In this document: positions 29,240 to 43,602 of the stretch, piece after piece
How positions within the stretch are numbered: the first letter of the stretch is position 1
Layout of the letters: every line of letters begins with the position of its first letter
Source of the DNA: Octopus vulgaris
Taxonomy: Eukaryota
Assembly (NCBI GenBank): GCA_951406725.2
Contig: OX597819.1
Coordinates: 62,496,001 to 62,560,000, forward strand
Direction: 5' to 3'
DNA length: 64,000 nucleotides
Notes under the pieces: model-generated
What the model was told of the DNA's origin: nothing
Databases searched by the model: none
What the model saw: the letters and a program-made list of their open reading frames with translations, nothing else
Made by a program: the position numbers and the translations under genes

Positions 29240-30460
29240 TAACGAAAAAATCAAGGTAGAAAATGCTAAAATAATTTTATAGATAACATTTCCCTACTGG
29301 TGTCGGTCATTGAAACGTTTTTCAACTGTAAATATGGAAAACAATTAAATTTGGGAAATATTAGACGAAAAGTTTTTAAAAGAATATTTGCATAGTATTC
29401 AAATACAAGGGGCATTTTCCTTGATTCTGTCTGTCTCTGTCTCTCTTGTTTACTCTTGTGGGTTCGAGGTCGTTGTGAATTCTTGGCAGAGAAGAAGAAG
29501 AAGAAGAAGAAGAAGAAGAAGAAGAAGAAGAAGAAGAAGAAGAAGAAGAAGAAGAAGAAGGAGAAGGAGAAGGAGAAGAAGAAGGAGAAGAAAAAGAAGA
29601 AGAAGAAGAAGAAGAATGTATGCGGGAAAGTGACTTGTTGTGGATGGTGGTAGTGATTGAATTCTTGAATTCTTGAGATATCTCTTTTGAATGTATTGTT
29701 TATAATATTTGCGTAGGTGTTATTCTAAACAGCAGAAGTAGTAAAGTAAGGAAGGAGGTGGCGGAGAGGAAGAAGAAGGCGAAGAAGAAGGAGGAGAAGA
29801 GAAAGAATAATAAAAGAATGCGGGACGGTAGCAGGATGTTAAATGGTGAAGTGACTTAAAAGTGACTTGTGGATTATAGCAGTGATTGGGACTGTTTTTA
29901 AAGAATTCTTGGGTATCTCTTTTGAATGTATCATTTTTGATATTTGCGTATGTGTTCTAAGGTTGTAGTGGATATGTCATTTGTTGTAGATGCGTTCAAA
30001 AGGGGTCTGCATTTTGTGATAAAGAAAGACTCTTTACTAATTCGTTGGCTACTGGTTGTATCGTCCCTGAATTGATAGAGGGGAAAAATTCTGAAGCTTG
30101 GATTTTTGTTATTGGCGCGAATGTCGATGTGTTGGCTTAATGCTATTTTTCTGTTTTGGGGAATTTTGATCTGGGATCTGTGCAGAGTCATCCTTTGATG
30201 TAGACCGTAGACCTTCATCAGTTGTCGGCTGTCTAGCTACACCTCATTTCGATCAATCAACAACAATATGAGTCTTCTAACACAGTTGCTCCCATAAATG
30301 CCAAAATAAGATTTTGGATTTATGGCGGGTCAAAGTTAGGAACAAAAACAGGACAGTGGAAACCGACTGTCTCCACTGTTTCTAATAATTTAATTAAGGA
30401 GGATTTCTTTTATCACCAATCATGGAACCTATAATGAGGAAAACCAATTTTGATTTTGAT
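29240..30460 (-). mobile_element. Penelope-like element remnant (endonuclease 3' end plus low-complexity 3' region); boundaries approximate
   Basis: See the pseudogene feature. Truncated CTGATGAAGG at 30212-30221 and a decayed HHR-like motif at ~29292-29328. Confidence 0.55.
29990..30205 (-). pseudogene. C-terminal half of a GIY-YIG endonuclease, Penelope type
   Basis: LHQRMTLHRSQI…SQHI…FRIFP…RISKESFFITKCRPLLN fits the R..H…H…R..KE..FI….P.LN pattern. The GIY and YIG motifs themselves are missing. Confidence 0.65.
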
Positions 30461-31121
30461 TGTTATCATGATTAATTATGTAATTTTAATGATTTTGATT
30501 TAATTATATTCATTTAGTTTTTTTTTTACGTCACGGATACCAGCGTCAACTTTGCTGTTAAGTTTTTTAGAAGCAGTCTTGTCTGTGTTTTTATCCCTTG
30601 TCAATATTTCAACGTATGACATCGGTAAATGCTCATTTCTCAAAGGCCCGATATTTCCCTAGTTAATGTAAATTCTTGTAGCAGCTTTTAGACTACGCGC
30701 CGCTAATGAGGTGCAGCAAGCTAGGAAGAAGTTCTCAGAGTCAGACTATCAGACTCACTCGTTACTGAATGTTATATTTAATTAATTAATTATTAAATAA
30801 TTGAATTTTGAAGTGCTTGCACTTTGACCCATATTACTTATTTAAATATTTTCTCAAAGTGAAAGAAATGATTGTAATTAATTAAAATGACTCTACTAAT
30901 TATATTACTTGTCTGTCTGTTTATCATCTATTTATCTATCTACCGATTTATTTCTCTCTCTATAAGAATTTAAACGACAAAAAAAAAAAAAAATGGAATG
31001 AACAGGCTTTAATCACAAACCACAACAATTGTTTCTGCTCATTAATAATAGCTGTTAAGCGCTGAGTCTTCTATATTATACATAGATATCATATAAATAT
31101 GATCCAGCACATCATCAAGTG

Positions 31122-31207
<86 letters not shown>

Positions 31208-31740
31208 TGGGGCTTTGAAATGCACGTTATGAGATTATTACCAAGATGATATTAAATACTTTTTAATACACACATACACACAAACACATGTTTGTATGTA
31301 TGTATGTATCTATCTTTCTATCTATCAACACCTCCTCTTATCCCCATACTTACTGACTATCCCCTTCTATCCAAACCCTATACTTATCAAGTTACCCAAT
31401 ATTTCGTCCAAAAGAATGCGGCCCGGCCCTATTGCATTTTATTGTTCATGTATCAACCTGCAGAACTTCGAGCTCAATACGAAACGCATCTTTCACTGTA
31501 AAGGGCTTGACAGTGTTATGTCCTTAGGCTGCTCTGACCTCTACATTTGCATGTACGTATGTACATACATATATACATACATACGTGCATCCCAAAGATG
31601 GAGCCTTGTATCTTTGTGGAAACCGGCTCCCTCCTCAGTGGAGGATTTATAATAATTAAAAAATAGAAGAGACATACATATAAATGTGTGTGTATACACA
31701 CACACACACAGACGCACACACGCACACACACATATATATA

Positions 31741-32592
31741 CAGTTGCGACCAAAATGTTCAGAACGTACCTTTTCCCATCTGAGCCAAATAACATAAACT
31801 TAGAGTCATCACTGAAATGCACCGTTTGCCATTTTCTTGAGACCACAACACATGTTCGGTTGCAAAGGTAAGATGACACTTTTTATTCTTGGGGCTGATC
31901 AGTGGCTTCACTGCAGGTGCTCTTGCTTGTAGGTCATGTTCAACTAAACGACGAGACACAGTTTTTCGAGATAAAGTTTTCTTCAATACAATGCTCATTT
32001 TCCGAGAAACAGCAGCAGCAGTTTTAAATCTGTCCTTTTTAACCAACTTTACCATAGCACGATCTTTTCTCTTGGTCGTTTTTCTTGGCCTGCCTGTAAA
32101 CTTTCTTGCTTCACACGAACCACAATCATCGTAAACCTTAAGAATACCGTGTACAACACTTTTTGACCTGTTAACAATCTTTGCAATAGATCCAATACTT
32201 AAATTATCCTTCCTTCGAAGCTTAATAAACTGCTGACGAATTTGTAACGGAGTAAGTGGCATTATATTATCAAAGTACACTGCAAATATTCTTACTAATG
32301 TTTAGTAAACGAACCGTCACGTAAACAAATTCAAAACATTAGAGTTCGCCGGTTAAATATACTAAAACACGGAGTAAAAGCAACCGTTCTGATCATTTTG
32401 GCCGCCGTGGGTTTTGCAGTAAATCACTAAATCATCTATAACTTTCGTATTATCCTCTCAAATTACACCAAAATCTCAGGCAATAACAAATAATATCGTA
32501 TTTATTGTCTGTGAAAATTATAGAATACAAAATAACTTTAATAAAGAATTATATCTACTTTTCTGACGAAAACAATGCCGTTCTGAACATAA
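31741..32592 (-). mobile_element. Internally deleted Tc1 transposon
   Basis: TA-CAGTTGCGACCAAAATGTTCAGAACG terminus; inverted copies at ~32385-32409 and ~32579. HTH, GRPRKT and FSDDSKF are followed directly by the TIR. Confidence 0.85.
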
Positions 32593-32665
32593 ATGCATAC
32601 ATACGTACGGGTATGTGTATATATATATTACATGCATATGTATATATATGTAATATCTATATATA

Positions 32666-32727
<62 letters not shown>

Positions 32728-33508
32728 TACATAATACACACACACACACACATCAAACACGTAAATTAATATATAAACGGATAAACCTATTTACTCTCTT
32801 TCTCTGTCTCTCGCTCTATCTGTCTGTCCGTCTATCTATTGATCTATGAACAAACACACCTTCCCACATACAGGCATCCGTACACATAAATGTGTATGTA
32901 TGTATACACACAGAAATAAGCATACGTACATCCACGCACATTCACATATATACACAACAACAACAACGGTTGTAACAAAGGCAACTTCAAGATCTCTCAT
33001 TAACTGTAAGACACGCTGTCCACATTACGTGTCCCATGTCCGACCCCCAACCCATGATAGCTCCCCACCCCATCACCGCATCATGACGTTTTGTTAAAAT
33101 TAGCACGTACTTTTGTTCTATACACTTTGATGGAAATCATTTGTTGTTTGCTTTAGCAACATGTCTCTAAGCGCAATTTCTAATTCCAAAAATAGAAGAG
33201 TGCATTAGAATGATGCACAACAATAAATAAATAATTAAAAAGAAAAAAGGAAAGGAAGGAAAAAAACCCTCTAAAGTACAAATAGTGCCAAATACATTAT
33301 ATCCTCATTTATCACGGGGGCTTAGTTAGAAATGATGTAAAACCGTGTTAAATCAGTCAGCGATAAATGAATAGAGCACGTAGGAAAAATAAGATTCGTA
33401 CCGAAATCCAAAGCTGTCTCTCTAGCAGACCCAAATAACATCTCTAAACAGCGTTGAAACACATGTGAAGATATTGTTTCATTATTAAAATAATATTTAG
33501 AGTAAAAT

Positions 33509-35280
33509 TCATTTCTACTCTAGACACAAGGCCCGAAATTTTCTATGAGGGTCCAGTACGGCACTGGTACTTAATTTATCGTCTCCGAAAGGATGAAAGG
33601 CAAAGTCGACCTCGGCAGAATTTGAACGCCGAACGTAAAGACAGACGAAATGATGTTAAGCGTTTCGCCCGGTAAGATAGCGTTTCTTATTTCTAGATTG
33701 CCCACAAGGGGCTAAAAGTAGAGGGGACAAACAAGGACAGACAAAGGGATTAAATCGATTAGGTCGATCCCACTGCGTAAATGGTACTTAATTTATCGAC
33801 CCCGAAAGGAGGAAAAGCAAAGTCAACCTCAGCGGAATTTGAACTCTGAACGTAACGGCAGACGAAATACCGAGAAGCATTTCACCCGGCGCGCTAAAGT
33901 TTCTTCCAGCTCGCCGTCCTACGCTTAAAGTAAAATTGAATGACGTGTTCAGTAACTGGCACTCCGTCGGTTACGACGACGAGGGTTGCAGCTGATCCGA
34001 TCAACGGAACAGCCTGCTCGTGAAATTAACGTGGCTGAGCACTCCACAGACACGTGTGCCCTTAACATAGTTCTTGGGGAGATTCAGTGTGACACATTAT
34101 GTGACAAGGTTGGCCCTTTGAATTACATGTACGACTGACTTTTGCCAGCTGAGTAGACAGGATGAACGTGAAATAAAATGTGTTGCTCAAGGACACAACG
34201 CGTCGCTGGGAATTGAACTCACGGCCTTGCTGATCGTGAGCCGAATACCCTTAACCACTAAGCCATGCGACTTCACATATTCTTCTTTTATTCTTTTACT
34301 TGTTTCAGTCATTTGAATGCGGCCATGCTGGATCACCGCCGGACAAGTTCGTGACAAGCGTAACATAGTTTACATTTGAGCGTCCAAAGGCTCAATAAAA
34401 GAAACTGCTTGACTATTTCTTTATTTTATCGCCCCTGACCCCAAAAATGAAAGTCAAAATTTACATTAGCGGGGTTTTACCGGCCCGTCACCTTACTAGC
34501 ATTAATGATAATGATTTCAAATTTTTGCCACATGGGCAGATTGGGAAAAGGAATTAAGTCAATTATATTGACCCCAGTGCATAACTGGTACTTATTTCAT
34601 CGACCACGGGAAGGTGAAAGGCAAAGTCGACCTGTGCGTAATTTGAACGCAGAACGTAGCGGCAGACGAAATACCGCTAAGCATTTCGCCCGGCGTGCTA
34701 ACCATCTTTCAGATCGCCGCCTTATTATCATTAATAATTTTTTGTTCCTACTTGTTTCCCGGTTTCCTTGGCGTATAGGTTCCTTACCTGGACGGGACGC
34801 CAGTCCGTCGCAGGTGAGCTGCAAGATGCAAGAGGAAAGAGTGAGAGAAAGTTGTGGCGAAAGAGTCAGCAGAAGTTCCCCATTACATTCTGTTGGAGCC
34901 GCGTGGAGCTTATATGTTTCGCTCATAAACACACACATCGCCCGGTCTGAGATTCGAAACCGAGATCCCTCGACCGCGAGTTCGCTGCTCTAACCACTAG
35001 GCCATATGCCTCCACATCCTTAATAATAATGATTTCAAATTTTGGCAAAAAGGCCATGAATTTGGGGATGGATAATGTTGGTGAAATTGATGGGCGTTTT
35101 GATTAGAACTAGAAGCCGATCAGCTGTCAGAATCGTTACCATGCCAGCAAAAAGCTTAGTGACATTTCGTTCGGCTTTAGGTTGTGAGTTCAAACTCCGC
35201 CGAGGTCGACTTTACTTTTTATCCTTCGGGGTCGGTAAAATGAATATCAGTGGAACACTGGGGTTGATATAATCAACAAC
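33509..35280. mobile_element. Cluster of nested/adjacent SINEs (family B x4, family C-like x2, family A tail)
   Basis: Repeated family motifs near 33590, 33800, 33960-34270, 34290-34340, 34560-34720, 34750-35015 and 35110-35280. Confidence 0.8.
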
Positions 35281-35993
35281 TTTAGCCTCGTTTATGATTT
35301 CGTAAATATTTTCTTTGCTATTGCCTTGTTTAGTTCTTTCATGTTGCACTTCATTTCATTTCATTTCATTTCCCTTGTGTGTTTGTGGTCTGCTTGCTGT
35401 TCATTGGGCCGTCATTATCTTTTGTCAGGTTGGCTGTTTCATTTATTCTGCATTAGATACTTGCTGTTGCCTTCTGGCACACACACGCAATCCCCACGCA
35501 CCAGAAGGCTCGCACTCACGCCTTCGTGTGTCTGTATGTGTGCTTGTGTGTGTGTGTGTGTGTGTGTGTGTAAACGTCTAGAGTTGCTGTGTTGAGTTGT
35601 ATTATAGTCTACAGTATCTATGTTCGTGAGTCTAGAGCGGTTGAAATTTTTTGAAGCTGTAATTTTCTCTGTCTCTTGATGGATGGAAGTGGTTTCTTCA
35701 GGCTTCATGAAAGTCGGAAAGATTTTTGTTTCACACATTGACGAGTGGGTGTGCTTTGATGAGGGTAGGTATGTAGTTAGGCAGGTAGGTAACAGATGGG
35801 TTTATTTGCTGTGTGGTTTGCTAATAGAAAAGAAAGTGGTTTGGCAAGAAGTTATATATATATAGTTTGGCTATTTTTGCTGTTGTTATTCAAGTAGTGT
35901 GTTTAACCCCCGGTCATCGCCAATCGAGAAAATCTATGATCAAAGTAATCCACTTATGACTAATCCGTCTTTTCTTTTAACATGATATATCTC

Positions 35994-36315
35994 GTGGCAC
36001 TCCGTCGGTTCTGACGACGAGGGTTCCAGTTGATCCGATTAACGGAACAGCCTACGCGTGAAATTAACGTGTAAGTGGCTGAGCACTTACATGTACAATA
36101 GAAGTGGCTGAGCACTTACATGTACAATAGAAATAGGAAGAAAGAATAAGAGAAAGTTATGGTGAAAGAGTACAGCAGGATTCGCCCCCACTCCCTGCCA
36201 GAGCTTTAGGTGTTTTCGCTCAATAAACACTCACAACGCTCGATCTAGGAATCGAAACCACGATCCTACGACTGCGAGTCCGCTGCTCTAACCACTGGGC
36301 CATTGCGCCTCCACA
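35994..36315 (-). mobile_element. SINE family C
   Basis: Minus strand reads gtggaggcgcaatggcccagtggttagagcagcggactcgc…ggtttcgattcc (A and B boxes). Confidence 0.8.
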
Positions 36316-36909
36316 TGATGCATCTATGTATACATTGATATTACTGTTTTCTTTTTAAAAATTTGAAGACAGATGGTGCGATATAAAGATCTGAATGCCA
36401 TATTTGACAGGATAAAAGACCACATGGATGTTCTCATATTGGAGCAAGCACGGGTTGTTTAGGTTCAACATGGAGACTAAAGGTGATGCTACTGCGTCAC
36501 GATTTTTTTTATCAGTGTTATCTTTATACCAAGGCGCATTTTAGGGATTGAGTCCTCACAAAGATGGGATTTACAGCACAGACGTATTGTCCGGTCGGAC
36601 AGTTGGCGAGGCTGGTGATGGCACGTCCATGTATATTATAGCAATATCCCATGATGATGCTCTTTAAAAAATTAACGTTTTAATATTTCTTTCGATTTAA
36701 TATTTCTATTATTTGCTGCAAACATACCCTTCTCTCTGTGTTTTTGAGTGTGAGCACATTTCTCTTTATGTGTCTGAGGAGAGGGAAAGTGTTCATGTCA
36801 ATCTGGTTTAATTATATAAATTGTAATCTCTCTCTCTCTCTCCTTCTTCACTTTCACTCCTCCTCTCTATATGTGTACATTCCAGCACATGCGCATATAC
36901 TTGCTTCCA

Positions 36910-37102
36910 GTACCAAGAGGTACAGTCGCCAAAAGAGGCTCGCTGTACCTTCAATCATTCCAAATTCGCATGTGCCAAGAATTACAGTCGCCAGAACAGG
37001 CTCGGGTTCCCTCAACCATTCCAAATTCGCATGCGTTTGTTGTCAGTGCCAAGAATTGCAGTCACCAAAGCAGGCTCAATGTGCCCTTAACCATGCCAAA
37101 TT
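36910..37102. repeat. Three diverged tandem units of ~60-70 bp
   Basis: gt(a/g)ccaaga…cagtc(g/a)cca…aggctc…aa(t/c)cat(t/g)ccaaatt, three times. Confidence 0.8.
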
Positions 37103-37574
37103 TTAAGCGTCCAAACAACTGCATCCAATCCTTTCATTTACTCATTTTCTCTACTCATCTTCTTCTAATTTTGCCTCAGGGCCACTACTTGGCTGCTACT
37201 TATTTTATCGGCCTCGATAAGATAAAAGACTAAGTTGACCTGAGCGGAATTTGAAATCGGGACATAAACAGCTACAAGAAACGCTCATAAACATTTTGTT
37301 CGACTGCGCTAACGATTTTGGCAGTTCATCGCATTCGTAATTATAAAAAAATAATTTGAACATTGCTGGCAAAAAGAGATAGATAAGGCGAACAATGTAA
37401 TCGTTTGAGTTGACTCTAATAAAAGCCCGATACTCAAATTCTATAACAGGTCATGGTGACAGAGTTTGAACTAAGTATATTGATGCTCGGAACTGCAAAA
37501 CGATCCGTTTGATTGCTAATGTTCTACATATGGTTGTAGCAAACGTCACGTCGCCATCGAAATCTCATAAATAA

Positions 37575-37615
<41 letters not shown>

Positions 37616-37653
37616 GACTGTATGTATGTATATATGTATGTATGCATGTATGC

Positions 37654-37687
<34 letters not shown>

Positions 37688-38097
37688 TCGTTGATGACTC
37701 TATTGAAAAAACTGCTGATTTTTGTCAATATAATTTGCACAAATGTATATTTTATTCACACAAGGCAATATTTAGACTTTATCTATCCGCAACTTTTAAC
37801 TCAATATGTAAACACCATATGTAAACAAATAATATGTTGTTTAATGATACATTTTAATTCTATGTTTAAAGAGGTAGTATTTTTTTTAAATTTTAAATAA
37901 ACATGTAAACTATTTTGTCTGGCGTTGAATTTAAAGTTTATAGGCTGCAGTAAAACTGTTCTGATATTTTCTGATATTTGAGAGATTTTTTTTTGTATCT
38001 TGTACTTGTTTCAGACTTTGGACCACGGCCATGCTGGGATACCGGCTTGATGAGTTTTAGTCGAACTTATGCATTTTCTTTTTAGATTCTAGTATAT

Positions 38098-38480
38098 AGG
38101 CGCAGGAGTGGCTGTGTGGTAAGTAGCTTGCTTACCAACCACATGGTTCGGGGTTCAGTCCCACTGCGTGGCACCTTGGGCAAATGTCTTCTTCTATAGC
38201 CTCGGGCCGATCAAAGCCTTGTGAGTGGATTTGGTAGACGGAAACTGAAAGAAGCCCGTCGTATATATGTATATATATGTATGTGCATGTATGTTTGTGT
38301 ATCTGTGTTTGTCCCCCTAGCATTGCTTGACAACCGATGCTGGTGTGTTTATGTCCACGTCACTTAGCGGTTCGGCAAAAGAGACCGATAGAATAAGTAC
38401 TGGGCTTACAAAGAGTTGCTCGACTAAAGGCGGTGCTCCAGCATGGCCGCAGTCAAATGACTGAAACAAGTAAAGAGAGA
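38098..38480 (+). mobile_element. SINE family A, reference-like full-length copy
   Basis: A-box-like tggctgtgtgg, B-box-like ggttcagtccc, short TA/TG tract, 3' stem-loop tail. Confidence 0.88.
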
Positions 38481-38616
38481 GTATTCTACGCGTCTATTTT
38501 GCCGAAATGATCAGTTGCATAGATGAAAACAAACCAATACTGGCTGTCAAAGCCATACACAGATAGACATATAAATGCGTACATGCATACATATATACAT
38601 ACATGCATACATACAT

Positions 38617-38721
<105 letters not shown>

Positions 38722-38724
38722 ATC

Positions 38725-39030
38725 TTTTATTTTTTTACTTGTTTTAGTCATTAGTTGACCAAATCGACCCCAGGACTTATTCTTTATAAGCCTAGTACTA
38801 TCGGTCTCTTTTGCCGAACAACTAAGTTACGGGGACAAATACAGACACACATACACACAAACACATATATATTATATATACGACGGGCTTCTTTCAGTTT
38901 CTGTCTTCTAAATCCACTCACAAGGTTTTGGTCAACACCCGAGGCTATAGTAGAAGACACTTGCCCAAGGTCCCACGCAGTGGGACTGAACCTAGAACCA
39001 TGTGGTTGGTAAGCAAGCTACTCCTGCGTC
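38725..39030 (-). mobile_element. SINE family A with internal deletions
   Basis: Family motifs on the minus strand. Confidence 0.8.
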
Positions 39031-39048
39031 TCTCTTTCTCTTCCTCTA

Positions 39049-39189
<141 letters not shown>

Positions 39190-39388
39190 AACCATAATTA
39201 TATATACATATATATTAATATTTGTTTTATGTTCAATTATAATAAAAACAATTTACATTAATCTGGTGAGTTACTCTATATTTTTGTAGAGTACAAATTT
39301 ATTATTCTTAAGCATGAATATGATTGGAAATGAGTTCGACGATGGCCAAAACTTCGAAGTCACTGTTAACAATATTCTTGTTTAAGAA

Positions 39389-39459
<71 letters not shown>

Positions 39460-39498
39460 GTGTGTGTGTGTATGTACACTCATATATGTGTGTATCTC

Positions 39499-40350
39499 TC
39501 TATATATAAAACTGAGAATGTGTGTCTGTCTGTCTGTGTGTTTCCCTAAAACTTGAGAACTACACAACCAATTTCATTCAAATTTTACACATGCCTTACA
39601 TAGGGTCCATGTAGTTTCATGGGCAAAAACAAATGTTTAACTTCTTGCCTAGAGCGAGCCCATAGCAATATCATATCTTCTCCACTATTTCAGTAGTACG
39701 TGCTAAAAGTGAAACAAAAACATTTCTCTATTTTATGTCAGATACTTTCACTTTAACAATAAAAATAATAATAACAATTGAATTATATGTAGTAAGTAAT
39801 AATGAAAATAAAACTAAAATATAATATAATCGTAACATAACAAAAGTAGAAATAGCAATTGGTATAAAATTGCATCAATGACTTGAACTTGAATAAGTGG
39901 TTTCACATGAATGGGAATAAATTAAAAATAAAATTAGCGTGCAGAAATGGAATAGTCCAGATGGATAATAAAAAATTAAATTAAAGAAAAGACTATTGTC
40001 TATAAAGTATACAATGTAGAGAAAAAAGAAGATTTGAACACCTGGAAAAAAGCACCATAGAAAAGTGTCTTGGTGCGACTATGAAAGATATCTAACCAGA
40101 GGCGGTAAATTCGCCACAATAGAAGCAAGGTTCGAGTCAACGGAGCGTGCAAGGGAGTACTCGACTTGCAAAGTGGAAATATTTTATTTTTACCTTTATA
40201 TCTGGGACGTAGGACGTGCCGGATAAAAATTAAAATGCCCTCACCCCCGCCAGAAGTTGATGTAGGCTGGATTGTAGCCACACTTCTATACAAGAGGGAG
40301 GACAAGATACAATTGATCAAAATTGCAAGAGACGGGCTTACAATTCCAGT
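39499..40350 (+). mobile_element. Non-autonomous Helitron-like element (3' boundary uncertain)
   Basis: 5' TCTATATATAAAA, (GTCT)n, then caaccaatttcattcaaatttt, the usual layout of such elements. 3' hairpin/CTAG is degenerate. Confidence 0.5.
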
Positions 40351-40483
40351 CTATTATATATTTTGAGTATTGTTATAACTAGCGATATCAAGATATACCT
40401 TTGTATTTTGTATTTTATGTGTAGATGTATATATGTAGATGTACATGTAATATGTACACATATATATACACATATATACATGC

Positions 40484-40522
40484 ACTAGCACTATGACCCG
40501 GCAACGACGGTTCATAATGCTA

Positions 40523-40524
<2 letters not shown>
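40484..40524. mobile_element. Isolated palindromic Helitron-type 3' terminus
   Basis: ACTAGCActatgaCCCGgcaacgaCGGttcataaTGCTAGT. Confidence 0.5.
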
Positions 40525-40566
<42 letters not shown>

Positions 40567-40688
40567 TAACAAAGCTTATACAAATCTTTATATTTTATTT
40601 TGATAATCTTTTTTAAAAAAGGGAAAACGGCCAAGCCAATAAACATCTTTAAAATACCTCTGCATTTTCAAACCCTCTTTCCTATATG

Positions 40689-40778
<90 letters not shown>

Positions 40779-41152
40779 CATACATATATATATGTATCTA
40801 TATATGTATATATATGTATGTATATGTATGTATGTATATTCATATAAATACAGTGTACATTTAAACACATAAGAGGCATCAATCATAGGACTCCTTGCAT
40901 GCTAGAAAGAACAGTTAAATTCCAATCCACTATACTATTAGAGATAGAAATTCGAAGGGAATGAAAAATAAAAACATTTATCATGTAACTCCTGGACCAT
41001 GGTTTCAGACTTTTTTTAGTAAATAATATAATTTACTAGGTGAAGTATTTTTCAGTAGGTACACCTCAGATTAAACATATATGCACGAGGCAATCCAGTA
41101 TATGCCCCGTTCTTATACATTCAAATTTTTCAAATCTACCGTGCAATATATG

Positions 41153-41184
<32 letters not shown>

Positions 41185-41424
41185 CTGTATACGCACATGT
41201 AAACGCGCACACGCAAACACAGATATGCATACAATACAGACACACACACGCACATATATATATATACACACACACTATGAGTTCCACCCTGATTCTGTCT
41301 ACCATATTCACCCACAAGGTATTGAAAGACCTAGGGCTATAAAAGAATACATTTGTCCAACGTGTCCCACAGTGGAACCGAACCGGAGACCACCTGGTTT
41401 CCAAGCAATCTTCTTAACCACATA

Positions 41425-41656
41425 TATTTCTTTATTGCCCACAAGGAGCTAAACATAGAGGGGACAAATAAAGACAGACAAAGGGATTAAGTCGATTACA
41501 TCGACCCCAGTGCGTAACCGGTACTTTATTTATCGACCCCGAAAGGATGAAAGGCAAAGTTGACCTCGGCGGAATTTGAACTCACAACGTAACGGCAGAC
41601 GAAATACGGCTACGCATTTCGCCCGGCGTGCTAACGATTCTGCCAGCTCGCCGCCT
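41425..41656 (-). mobile_element. SINE family B nested in a decayed family A copy
   Basis: Near-consensus B. ttcttaaccacata is duplicated on both sides (TSD-like). Confidence 0.85.
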
Positions 41657-42509
41657 TCTTAACCACATAGCCATGCCTACGCCAATTACATTTAAAAACA
41701 TAATACAATCTCTCTAAATATGCGTTTTACAAAATCTAAATCTTTCAAATCTGTTACGCATATTAAATTAGGATGTTTTATCGAAAGTGTCCTCTTCAGG
41801 TGCCATACTTGACGTTTTTGTCGTATCTGATATATGCAGTAAGTGCGTATGCGCTGGGGGATCGGATTGAAACTTGAAAGCAGCCATTACATCAAGCAGA
41901 GCTACGACGTTTTTATAAAGTTAAACATAATCACACAAGGATTACAATGCACCTATTTAATTTACATTAAAAGTTATTTTCAATAACAGCAGTCATATTT
42001 GGTTAAACCCCGTAACTTGGATTATTCATTGCGTTTTAATGGCTTCATTTACATTAGATTTCATTTTAATTCTTTGCTTATAATGGACATTTTATCTCAT
42101 ATTGGTACATGAATTCTATTGAAGACGATTTCTATTTTCACATCATACGTGTTCGGATATTCGTCTTCCGTCCTTCCGGTGTCGTTACTATAAGTACCGT
42201 TCAAGTACCGGAGTCAATATTAATCTTCGCTGTAATAATTTCAAATCACACATACATGCACACAGGCACGCTCATATGCACCAACACGTACAAATGAATG
42301 TATATAAGACAGAGAGGGGAGAGAGAGAGAGAGAGAAAGAGAAAGAGGAAGAGAGATAAATAGATACCATTTGTGCATACAAGCGACAAATAAGTACTCG
42401 ATAAAAATAATAAACAATAAAAGTAGATTAGTATTTAATTTATTTAAAGTTGGAAGTTTAAGAATTTCAGCTTCTTTCCGGTGTTAGGACGATCACCGAA
42501 AAAGCAACA

Positions 42510-42564
<55 letters not shown>

Positions 42565-42633
42565 GTATGTATATACATATATACATACATACATGTATGT
42601 ATATTTATATACATATGAATAAATATATGTATA

Positions 42634-42769
<136 letters not shown>

Positions 42770-42941
42770 TATATATATAAATTAAATTAGAGATAAAACC
42801 ACTATTAGGCAAATCAAACAGTGAAAAACATAAACGAAAACATAAAAAAATAATTAATATAATATACAAAATATATAAAATATAAAATTTTAAAATTTAA
42901 ATTATTTTAATTAAAATTTTAAAAAATAATTTATATTTATA

Positions 42942-42978
<37 letters not shown>

Positions 42979-43039
42979 TTTTTTTAACTATATATAACTA
43001 TCAAAAAGTATAAAGTTTAATATAAGATAAAAAATAAAC

Positions 43040-43134
43040 CAATATGTACGTTTCATGCCCATAACATAATTCGAATTACAATAATTTAAATTCAGTTAAT
43101 AATTCGAATTATGGTTATAGTCAATCTTCAGGTT
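43040..43134 (-). ncRNA. Hammerhead motif with long stem II; stems I and III decayed
   Basis: CTGAAGA-T-TGACTATAACCATAATTCGAATT…AATTCGAATTATGTTATGGGCA-T-GAAAC-GTAC-ATA. Confidence 0.55.
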
Positions 43135-43602
43135 AAAGATAATAGTTAAATAAGCAAATATATTTAAACAAAATGTTTTTAAATAAATAAATAAAATAAT
43201 AATTTTTCTTATAAAAAACTCTATTATCAAACTGGAAAGTTTAACGATTATGATTATGTCATACAATCCAATTATAATGTTAAATATTAATTTTTAAGGT
43301 AAGAATAGATAGAAAATGTATTTATCAATTCAGATATAATATGGCTTTAAAAAACATAATAAACTCACGAATAACCTAATCTTAGTTATAGTCAATATCT
43401 AATTACCTAATTATTTTAAAAAAACAATCAAAAAAATTATCACTATTCATATTATTAAATTTAAGCTCAAATCAAATAATTATAAAATATTTGAATAATA
43501 ACTAAATTATCAATAAACAAATATAAATATATATAAATATAAGAATTAAGATCTAAAATTATCTCTATCAATAAATATATATTTTATTATTTTTTAAATT
43601 TT

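Noticed and set aside
29388-29653. Poly-Arg/Lys ORFs
   Set aside because: (AAG)n microsatellite.
36910-37102. CRISPR-like appearance of spaced repeats
   Set aside because: Whole units are homologous with no unique spacers, no cas genes, and the context is eukaryotic.
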